A DNA stretch of 64,000 nucleotides from Tubulanus polymorphus (taxonomy: Eukaryota > Animalia > Nemertea): assembly GCF_964204645.1 (NCBI RefSeq), contig NC_134030.1:1161355-1225354 (forward strand), read 5' to 3'. A program made the position numbers and the translations under genes. Shown here piece after piece: positions 22,735 to 32,936 of the stretch. Position 1 is the first letter of the stretch; every line of letters begins with the position of its first letter. The notes under the pieces were generated by a model that worked only from the letters and a program-made list of their open reading frames with translations, did no database searches and was not told the origin of the DNA.

Positions 22735-23710
22735 AAGATAATCACTGATCAAGATTGACAGTTATAATCCATAATTGTTGAACTTGATCAGAGATTTTCA
22801 AGATCGATTTTAAGGTGATTCAGAAGTTTAAATCTGATGTTTTAATCTCTGGGACTCAGATATTAAATCAATAGATTTTTACTGCTGAATGATCTTCATG
22901 TACAGATGAGCTACAATTGTTCCTAGTGTGTTCTGTTAAGACTGATTAAAGGGTGGAAAAACTTGACTCAAATTCAAATTGAGTCGAGTTTTTCCAAGAT
23001 AATCTCTGATCAAGATCGGCAGTTACCGGTATAATCCATAATTGTTGAACTTGATTGGTGATTTTCAAGATCTGTTTTAAGGTGATTCACAAGTTTAAAT
23101 CTAATGTTTTAATCTCTGGGTTCCAGATATTAAATCAATAGATTTTTACTGCTGAATGACCTTCGTGTTCAGATAAGCTACAATTGTTCCTAGTGTGTTC
23201 TGTTAAGAAAGGGTGGAAAAACTTGACCCAAATTCAAATTGAGTCGAGTTTTTCCAAGATAATCTCTGATCAAGATCGGCAGTTATAATCCATAATTGTT
23301 GAACTTGATTGGAGATTTTCGAGAACTGTTTTTAAGGTGATTCAGAAGTGTGAATCTGATGTTTTAATCTCTGGGTTTCAGAGATTAAATCAATAGGTTT
23401 TAACTTCTGAATCACTTCGGGTTTAGGTAAGTTAAAGTGTTTCCTATTGTAATCTGTTAAACTGATTAAAGGGTGGAAAAACTTGATTCAAATTAATAAT
23501 CTGAATCAATTTTTCCAATGATAATCCGCGATCAAGTTCGGCAGTTATAATTCATAACTGTTGAACTCAATTCACAATTAAATGAACTGTTTTAAGGTGA
23601 TTCAGAAGTATAAATCTGATGTTTTAATCTCTGGGTTTCAGAGATTAAATCAATAGGCTTTACTTCTGAATCACTGTTAGGTTTTGATAAGTTGTAAGTT
23701 GTTCCTATTG
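22735..23710 (+). repeat. ~255-bp diverged tandem repeat (~4 units; also ~52810-53780)
   Basis: Recurring gatcaagatcggcagttataatccataattgttgaac...gggtggaaaaacttga. Confidence 0.85.
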
Positions 23711-24406
23711 TTTAATGAATTGGTAGAAATTCTATTTTTAGGTGACAGGTCAAATAGATTAGAACAGTAATTTATGCAGAGGTTGAATTAATTTAATGTT
23801 TGATATACCAAAGAATGGTTTATTGTGAAGATTTAATTAAAATCTTAAATAAAGAGTTGTTCAATTTCATAAATGTTTTGTTTTCGATGAAGTTTTTTCA
23901 TTTTCTGGATTTGAGGAATTATACTTTAAACACATCGGTGGATTCAGCACAGTTCTGTGGACACAGTTTTGGGACCGAGACACAGCTCAAGACCCAGTTA
24001 CAAGTTCAACTGGACTCCATCCCAAAAAACCCTGGGCCCTTCAAACCTTTAAGTAAGATGCTCACTTACAGATTCATAAAATTGACCCTTATTATCTTGT
24101 CATCTGCAGCACCATCTCAGAGGCTTAAACCAAGAATTTCTTGTAATGTTCAACAAATGTGAATTACATTAAGTAATTTTTGAGATCGACTTATTACCAC
24201 CAGTATTGAGTTTTTTCTAAATCACAGTCTACTTATTTTATATTCATCCACGATTTCATAGCTCTTTAACTATTCAACCCTTTCCCTGATGGGCCCTGGC
24301 CCCAATTGCTGAACCCAGTTCTCCAAGTCTAACTTCTGGGTTTAATGGTTTATCAGAGAATTAATGGATTAATTGGAAATAATCTAACAATCAATAAAGT
24401 TGTTCT

Positions 24407-24472
24407 TTTTTGATACGGGCTAGAAGTTGAGGGGCCCGCGCCCCGGGTTTTCTTTAAAGCTTTTGGCATTAT
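24407..24472 (-). pseudogene. Third variant of gene A exon 1, truncated at the duplication breakpoint
   Basis: Reverse complement reads ctag|ataATG... MPKALKKTRGAGPSTSSPYQK; the upstream 70 bp match copies 1/2 except for a 1-nt indel; no GT donor. Confidence 0.85.
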
Positions 24473-24542
24473 CTAGAAAAACAAGTAAAAATTATTAAAT
24501 CATTTGAAAATATATCAGTCAGTCTTATTCTGGTTCAGTGAA

Positions 24543-25105
24543 CTAATTCTCTATATGGTGCATTTAGGGGTCCAGGGACACCACATCCACTAATTCTCTA
24601 TATGGTGCATGTAGGGGTCCAGGAACACCACATCCACTAATTCTCTATACGATGCATGTAGGGGTCCAGGGACACCACATCCACTAATTCTCTATATGGT
24701 GCATGTAGGGGTCCAGGGACACCACATCCACTAATTCTCTATACGATGCATGTAGGGGTCCAGGGACACCACATCCACTAATTCTCTATATGGTGCATGT
24801 AGGGGTCCAGGGACACCACATCCACTAATTCTCTATATGGTGCATGTAGGGGTCCAGGGACACCACATCCACTAATTCTCTATATGGTGCATGTAGGGGT
24901 CCAGGAACACCACATCCACTAATTCTCTATATGGTGCATGTAGGGGTCCAGGGACACCACATCCACTAATTCTCTATATGGTGCATGTAGGGGTCCAGGG
25001 ACACCACATCCACTAATTCTCTATATGGTGCATGTAGGGGTCCAGGGACACCACATCCACTAATTCTCTATATGGTGCATGTAGGGGTCCAGGGACACCA
25101 CATCC
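24543..25105 (-). repeat. 47-bp satellite, inverted orientation (~12 units)
   Basis: Reverse complement of the unit at 1-842 and 31581-32864. Confidence 0.97.
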
Positions 25106-25548
25106 TCTATTCTGTTTGGGGCATGGAGATTGCCCAGATTGCCTCTGCTAACAACAGACACCCATTCAACATTTCTCTTTATGGTACTTTCTTCTTCCTC
25201 TTTTCTCTCATTTTACAAATTGATATTCAACTATGACCTTTTTCATTTTGATATGATGTTTATCTTTACATCATGGTTGCTGGAGATTGTACAAGGAATG
25301 ACACAAGAAATAATATCCTTAGTTTTAAACTCACAGCTGTTTGCAATTCTTTCATTTAATCACAGGTTCGATTGAAACGATGCATTCCTATACATATACG
25401 CAATCATATCTTTTTTCGAGTCATCATTCTCAGGGAAATTTGATCTCCACTCAGGTACAGTCTACTGGCTTGCCAGTTATCCTTTAACTTTTTTACAAAA
25501 TTATCTTTTCAAAATGAATTACCATGAAAGCAGTAAATTTGAACTTAC

Positions 25549-25826
25549 CTTATCATAAGGGGTTTTTCTTTTACTCTTTGTTTTAGCTTTAGCTATCTTT
25601 GATTTGCTGGTGGTTTTAACATGCATGTCGAGGGAGCTCTATCAATCAAGGAACAGTCGGCTCACAAGCAGCCCCTGCCCAAAAGGTTTTGACATTATAT
25701 TTTCAAAAGCTCTAGTTGTTCTGTAGAACCGAGAGCGGAGCTCTGACTTGTTCCCCTCACTGCTGAGGTCTACTTTCTCTGATTCGCTGATTGGCTTCTC
25801 TTTGGTACATTTTAGATGATCAAAAA
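25549..25826 (-). pseudogene. Divergent exon-1-related exon ending ...MHVKTTSKSKIAKAKTKSKRKTPYDK|GTAAGT
   Basis: PYDK followed by gtaagttcaaatttactgctttcatg is homologous to gene A PYNK|gtaagtacaaatttactgcttccatg. The frame extends to an AG at 25827 with two adjacent stops (TGA TAG) shortly before the ATG at 25626. Confidence 0.6.
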
Positions 25827-25899
25827 CTAGAAACTGTCATGCGTTTATTCATTTGGGTATATGTTAAAATTCTTTTACAGTAATGGCATATTAGGCACA

Positions 25900-26246
25900 T
25901 CAAAACAAATCCGGAATTGTCCCCGAACGAAGTGGCTCCCTCCACTCTCCATCAGTATGCCGGGCCACCACCTCTACCTCTCGGGCAACTCGATCACTCG
26001 CCAGCTTTTTGGCGAGTGAACGAGTGACCGCCCGAGATACGGATGGAGGAGCAGGAGGAGCAGGACCCGCACCATCTCCAGCCCCACCACCATCCCTCTT
26101 CGGCCTCTTCCTATTTATCCCCTCCCCTTCCTCCCGATTACCTTCGTCAGCCGCACCATCCGCCGGGACCACTCTTGCTCCTCCTCCCTGCAGAGCCACG
26201 ACGACCGCAACTGGTACTTTTCGGTTTCTCATGGTTTCCCCACCAT
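25900..26246 (-). pseudogene. Third variant of gene A terminal exon with a different 5' end
   Basis: ORF 25900-26253 shares VAVVVA...RHTDG...LRSGTIPDL with exon 9, with a different N-terminal part and an earlier stop; candidate acceptor ttctcttttgaaag. Confidence 0.85.
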
Positions 26247-29200
26247 CTTTCAAAAGAGAACTATCAATATATCATTAGCTACAAGGAAATTTTTCAGAAA
26301 CTTTTTCAGGTCATTCTTTCTTGTATTATTAGCATTTGATTCTCTATATATCGTCAGAACATGGACTCAGAGTGTTTCTTTAATGGTTAAGAATGTCTCT
26401 TTAACCAACATCCCCCTAGCCTGCTTCCTACATATCCCTTCCCTTTCCTCCTGATTACCTTTGATCCCCACTGCCTAGCAGCTAACAGCTGCTGCTATTT
26501 TATCTGGTTTACATGTTTTGCAGATAGTGTCTGTTATGCTATAGTTGTTCTTTTAATCGTTTAACTTCTTCATCTGAAATTTCATTATTCTAATTTCAGT
26601 TTCACGCAGGAAATGGTTCATGAAAATCTGCATTGAGACTGGGACGAAATGTGCATTGAGACGGATGAAATCTGCATGAACAGAGATATACTTTAAGATC
26701 CCCATTTTATCCATCGGAGTGAATGTACATCCACTACTCACAGGTAGCAAACCTACAAACGCTAAACACTCATCCCTGGGCCCTGATTCAAAAATAAAAA
26801 TAAAAGATTAAATTAAGAATTAACATTTTTATGAATCAGTGATCAGTTTCATAAAATAATTCCTAAATTAATTTTAGGGGTTTATTATTTCATATTGAAA
26901 TGAATTCTTCATGTTTATGCAATTCTCATTATCTTTCATTGCAGCATTTATATATTCAATTTTAATCATACATGTGAAATATATAATGTATTTTCAGGGA
27001 AACGTAAACAAGAAAGGAAGGGAAGAAAGAGAAGGGAAGAAAGAGAAGGGAAGAAAGAGTTGGATGATTAATGCGCACTTATTCTCCATTCCGAATTCCT
27101 GTACTCGACTCTAGGTGATCATCATACGAACGAGATATAGAAAAAAAAAACATTACTGAAGTCATCTCTATTTTGAAGTCTCAATTAGTATTCAGTTTAC
27201 TTCAGATAACGTAATTTGGTTTAATCACAAGTCGTCAACATTATAATCAATGTAACTACAGTGACTACATTATTGTCCTTTTATTGAGAAATTTATGTTA
27301 AATTTTGATTTCTGGGATAAATCAAAATTCAAATGTTATCATTTTTTGTATCAAAAATTGTAAAAAATTGAATAACTTGTGTGCTATTGAAACATTCAGT
27401 TATGGGGAGTTTTTTGCTCAGAAAACTTTGAGCCTGTTTATACAAGTGTTGTAACAAGTGTTGAACAATTCAAAGATCATGTTTTTTATACTTTGCCATG
27501 TTAGAAAAAATGTTTTCTAATATATTGATGTTTCTAAAAAAACATATGATTCAACTTCAAACGGCCAACAAGCCTTCTAATAAAACTAGTTTGTCATATA
27601 TATATATATATATTACTTGGTCATTGTCAAGTTTTTTTAAAAATATTTTGGTTTTCTCAGCTTTCTCTGGTGGAAATTTCTTCGTGGAATTCCTCTTCTA
27701 TACAAGTTCCTCCTCAGACTGTTTTAATGCGAGAGTTTTTAACAACCGGATCCTCAGAAAATGGTCGGAGTGCCAAGTCTTCGATTTAAGATCACCAGTC
27801 TTATCTGAGACCATAAGTTCACTAGCGAATCCAACAGCTATAGGATGGAACAGTATTATTATATAGGTCACCACTGTGCAATTGAGCCCAGATCATCAGA
27901 AAAAGATAAAAGTGAAGATATGTGATGGGATTCATTGAAAATTTTGCATATATAATTAATTCATTGAAATACTTAATTTGTATGACTTATTTTTTGGGAA
28001 TTTTCGAATTTGTCATCAATAACTAGTATATATTTCTTTTCAAGTTGTGAGCGATCTAGTTCTCTGTCGACCCATTGAAAATGAATCGACTCTGAACTGT
28101 AGAACTGGACCCAGGGAGCTGAATCTCGCGTGCCACAGCAAGATACAGAGCTCTTCAATGTCTTAACCGTCAGGTGCTGCCCCTAAACAAATCAATAGCG
28201 GTAAATCTGTGAACTAACTTATAGCTCGCTTGCCAGAGTAGAATCATAGCGAGCTGTCTAAAATCTTGAACCGTCTAGTGCTGCCCCTTAATCGATATGT
28301 ATCGGAAAAGTGAATTTATTACTCGCATGCCACAGTAGTTGAGTAGTTGGAACATCACGATAGACTCGTTTTTCTGTGCAGCTATAACGGGAACTATTTC
28401 AGATCTGATAATGAATATAAACTCAGTCACAGTTCGATAACAAACGCCGCTGGGTGAAATTGATGTAAACAAATAATCGTGTTGAAATTGAATTTAGTTT
28501 AAGATATATTTTCGTGGTAGTTTTTATTTTCAAGCTGTTTACGTTCACTTCAAATGATGAAACGATGAAACCATATTAAATACATCCCTGTTTTAGTGGG
28601 GATTTTGAGTTTTGGTCCTTTCCGTATCTTCTAGAAACATCAAGTAGAAAGGCATTAACTGAACCCTATGTCTTTAACTTCAGGAGTCTATATGGAGTTT
28701 TCGGATGCCTCTTTTCCTCACTTCTTGCATTCGTCACTATTAGAAATCCGGACAAACTGAATTCAGTTCGACGAGGCCGAAGAACAGAAGACCAAAGAGT
28801 GATCTGCACTAGCCGCAGGGTTCGTGTTGGCTTGGATCGGTGGGAGGCAATCAAACCCCGACACGTGAAGATGTATCCTCAAAAATGGATACCGGAACGC
28901 TTCTCTGGTTTACGATGATTAGTCTGCAGGGATAACTCTTTGGCGGGGCGTGATCGCGTGAATAGCCCAAACTAAACCTTCAGAGTTCACTGTACTACAG
29001 CATACAACATCTGATAACTTGCATAATAAAGCGCGGCGTGCATGAAAAGAATTGTATAAATGCGGGCAAGATTCCGTGCCCTGGCAATCGAACGCCGGAG
29101 TGGAGGTATTCCATACACTGGTAGGTGAGTCGGAGTAGACTGGTTGCTTGTCCCATAGAGACCGGTAACCAGTCTAGCCACCTCACGATCAGTCTACATT

Positions 29201-29639
29201 GAAAAACCATTACTGAAATATGGTTGACGGAAATATTCATTTTATATCAGATTCTAAAATATTTTCTCGTATTGAATACAAAATTTTTATTATCTTAATA
29301 AGATAAATCTGCCAAAGCTCAACAATTTAAATTAGTGAAAACCGATGTGCGAAGTCGTCAATTCAGTAGCCCGATAGAGCCCGGTAACCAGTCTAACTGA
29401 CAATGTTCATTGCGCGGGAATGAACGGGCAACTAGTCTACGATGAAAAATCATTTCTGAAAAATTATGAACGGAGATATTCAGTTTACTTTGAATTTTGA
29501 ATTATCTTATAAAACTGACAGCCATATTAACCAAAGTATTAATAGTAAATCTGATAAAATCTAATACCGGTTTTAGAATAGGTGAAAACTGATTTATGTG
29601 ATGCCGTCGGTTCAGAAGACTGATCCGTAGAATCGTTCG

Positions 29640-29803
29640 CCACTTTCTTCCGGTCCACTTACTTCCGCGTTTGTGATTTGCATACAAGTAGTTTGAATGT
29701 TAAATGTATTAAGCCGCGTGTTGATTGGTTGAGGTCAGTGCGGTTTACTGAACGATGACCAGCTGTCAGCTGATCGAATCATTCGTTTCACAGACATTAC
29801 GAC
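29640..29803 (+). promoter_or_regulatory. Candidate promoter and short non-coding first exon for gene A copy 2
   Basis: ETS-like cttccgg, octamer atttgcat, CHR-like tttgaa, inverted CCAAT, Inr-like tcattc (~29780), then a donor ac|gtaagt at 29804. Exon 1 of gene A is preceded by an acceptor AG and therefore needs an upstream exon. Confidence 0.4.
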
Positions 29804-30424
29804 GTAAGTATATTTTACATCTTTGATCAAAAATTGTAGTGTAAAAAAACTCAAAACTAAGGCCTCTATAAATGATCGATTGACTTTAAATTATTACTTT
29901 AGCACAGCTCTTGTAGACAATGATTAGGTGTCATAGTAGTTTAGCTCGAAAGTGCACATATAAGGTTAATTTTCATCCCTTATTTAGAGACCGAGGTATT
30001 GAGCGTCCATTTCAGCCCTTAAAACATCATCAACCTACCTCAAACTGACTGTTTTTAAATCCAACAATAGCTACCTAACTATTGACTCATCATGGATTCG
30101 ATTCAAAAACAATTTTTGATGATCATAGTGATTCGAAACGTTTGAATTTTTGAAAAACACGAATGCTAAACGACGGATCCGGACTTCGATTGCGGCCCAA
30201 TGGCAGAGTTGATTTTCTTATTTGGAATTTGAAGATATAAATCACTGAAATCAATTGGTTTTCTCAACCAAAATTAAAATTAAGAAGAATTTAGGATGGA
30301 GATGTTTGATTTTCATTTTGTCTAAAATGCCGACTTAAAAATTAATTCAATTGAATCAAATTAATGAATTCATCATTTCACGATATTATAGATAATCAAA
30401 ATGTGAATATGAAATCACCTTTTC

Positions 30425-31530
30425 AATCGCTGTTTTTGGGTAAGATCGCAGTTTTTAGGTAAGATCGCAGTTTTTAGGTTAGATCGCTGTTTTGAGGTTA
30501 GATCACCGTTTTGTGTTAGATTGCGGTTTTGTGTTAGATCACTTTTTTGTGTTAGATCGCTGTTTTGTTTTAGATCGCTGTTTTAGGTTAGATCGCAGTT
30601 TTTAGGTTACATTGCAGTATTTGGGTTAGACCGCAGTTTTTTGTTAGATCGCAGTTTTTAAGTTAGATCGCTGTTTTGGGTTAGATCACAGTTTTTGTGT
30701 TAGATCGCTGTTTTAGGTTAGATCGCAGTTTTTGTGTTAGATTGCATTTTTGTGTTAGATCACTGGCTTTTTGTTAGATCGCAGTTTTTAGGTTAGATGG
30801 CAGTTTTTAAGTTAGATGGCTGTTTTGTATTAGATCGCTGTTTTTAGGTTAGATTGCTGTTTTTAGGTTAGATTGCTGTTTTGTGTTAGATCGCTGTTTT
30901 TAGGTTAGATCACAGTTTTTGTGTTAGATCACAGCTTTTAGGTTAGATTGCTGTTTTTAGGTTAGATGGCTGTTTTTAGGTTAGATCCCTTTTTTTCTTA
31001 GATCGCAGTATTTAGGTTAGATCGCTTTTTTTGGATTAGATCGCAGTTTTTGGGTTAGATCGCAGTTATTGGGTTAGATCGCAGTTATTGTGTTAGATCG
31101 CTGTTTTTGGGTTAGATCGCTGTTTTTGGGTTAGACGGCAGTGTTTAGGTTAGATTGCAGTTTTTAGGTTAGAACAATGTTTTTCTGTTAGATCGCAGTT
31201 TTTTTGTTAGATCGCAGTTTTTAGGTTAGATCGCAATTTTTTGTGTAAGATCGCAGTTTTTTGTTAGGTCGCTGTTTTTGGGTTAGAAAGCTGTTTTTGT
31301 GTTAGATTGGTGTTTTTAGGTTAGATCGCTATTTTTGTGTTAGATCGCTGTTTTTGGGTTAGATGGCTGTTTTTGGGTTAGATGGCTGTTTTTGGGTTTG
31401 ATCGCTGTTTTTGGGTTAGATCGCTGTTTTTGGGTTAGATCGCTGTTTTTAGGTTAGATCGCTGTTTTTGGGTTAGATCGCTCTTTTTGGGTTAGATCGC
31501 TCTTTTTGGGTTAGATCACTGTTTTTGTGT
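30425..31530 (+). repeat. 19-20-bp G/T-skewed minisatellite (~55 units)
   Basis: Unit ~ggttagatcgctgttttt(a/g). Confidence 0.95.
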
Positions 31531-31580
31531 TTTTGTCAATCATCATATCAAGATTTGCAATCCCAGTTGCCTTCAAGTTT

Positions 31581-32864
31581 CATATAGAGAATTAGTGGAT
31601 GTGGTGTCCCTGGACCCCTACATGCACCATATAGAGAATTAGTGGATGTGGTGTCCCTGGACCCCTACATGCACCATATAGAGAATTAGTGGATGTGGTG
31701 TCCCTGGACCCCTACATGCACCATATAGAGAATTAGTGGATGTGGTGTCCCTGGACCCCTACATGCACCATATAGAGAATTAGTGGATGTGGTGTCCCTG
31801 GACCCCTACATGCACCATATAGAGAATTAGTGGATGTGGTGTCCCTGGACCCCTACATGCACCATATAGAGAATTAGTGGATGTGGTGTCCCTGGACCCC
31901 TACATGTACCATATAGAGAATTAGTGGATGTGGTGTCCCTGGACCCCTACATGCACCATATAGAGAATTAGTGGATGTGGTGTCCCTGGACCCCTACATG
32001 CACCATATAGAGAATTAGTGGATGTGGTGTCCCTGGACCCCTACATGCATCATATAGAGAATTAGTGGATGTGGTGTCCCTGGACCCCTACATGCATCAT
32101 ATAGAGAATTAGTGGATGTGGTGTCCCTGGACCCCTACATGCATCATATAGAGAATTAGTGGATGTGGTGTCCCTGGACCCCTACATGCATCATATAGAG
32201 AATTAGTGGATGTGGTGTCCCTGGACCCCTACATGCACCATATAGAGAATTAGTGGATGTGGTGTCCCTGGACCCCTACATGCATCATATAGAGAATTAG
32301 TGGATGTGGTGTCCCTGGACCCCTACATGCACCATATAGAGAATTAGTGGATGTGGTGTCCCTGGACCCCTACATGCACCATATAGAGAATTAGTGGATG
32401 TGGTGTCCCTGGACCCCTACATGCACCATATAGAGAATTAGTGGATGTGGTGTCCCTGGACCCCTACATGCACCATATAGAGAATTAGTGGATGTGGTGT
32501 CCCTGGACCCCTACATGCACCATATAGAGAATTAGTGGATGTGGTGTCCCTGGACCCCTACATGTACCATATAGAGAATTAGTGGATGTGGTGTCCCTGG
32601 ACCCCTACATGCACCATATAGAGAATTAGTGGATGTGGTGTCCCTGGACCCCTACATGCACCATATAGAGAATAAGTGGATGTGGTGTCCCTGGACCCCT
32701 ACATGCACCATATAGAGAATTAGTGGATGTGGTGTCCCTGGACCCTTACATGCACCATATAAAGAATTAGTGGATGTGGTGTCCCTGGACCCCTACATGC
32801 ACCATATAGAGAATTAGTGGATGTGGTGTCCCTGGACCCCTACATGCACCATATAAAGAATTAG
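31581..32864 (+). repeat. 47-bp satellite (~27 units)
   Basis: Same unit as 1-842. Confidence 0.97.
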
Positions 32865-32936
32865 TTCACTGAACCAGAATAAGACTGACTGATATATTTT
32901 CAAATGATTTAATATTTTTACTTGTTTTTCTAGAAG

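Larger units (their letters stand above)
1..24401 (+). repeat. Segmental duplication, copy 1 (left end outside window)
   Basis: Colinear near-identity with 31581-54481; the same ORFs recur in the ORF track about 30-32 kb apart; homology ends at ...tcaataaagtt (24401 vs 54481). Confidence 0.95.

Noticed and set aside
1-25105. Autonomous giant transposon (Polinton/CACTA/foldback) bounded by the inverted satellite modules
   Set aside because: No transposase, integrase or polymerase was found, copy 2 lacks the right-hand inverted module, and no TSD can be assessed; kept only as a structural observation.
28780-28980. 7SK, U3, RNase MRP or HDV-ribozyme identity
   Set aside because: Only scattered short resemblances; diagnostic boxes or pseudoknot elements are missing.
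30425-31530. True telomeric repeat tract
   Set aside because: The unit is 19-20 bp, not a pure TTAGG/TTAGGG run.
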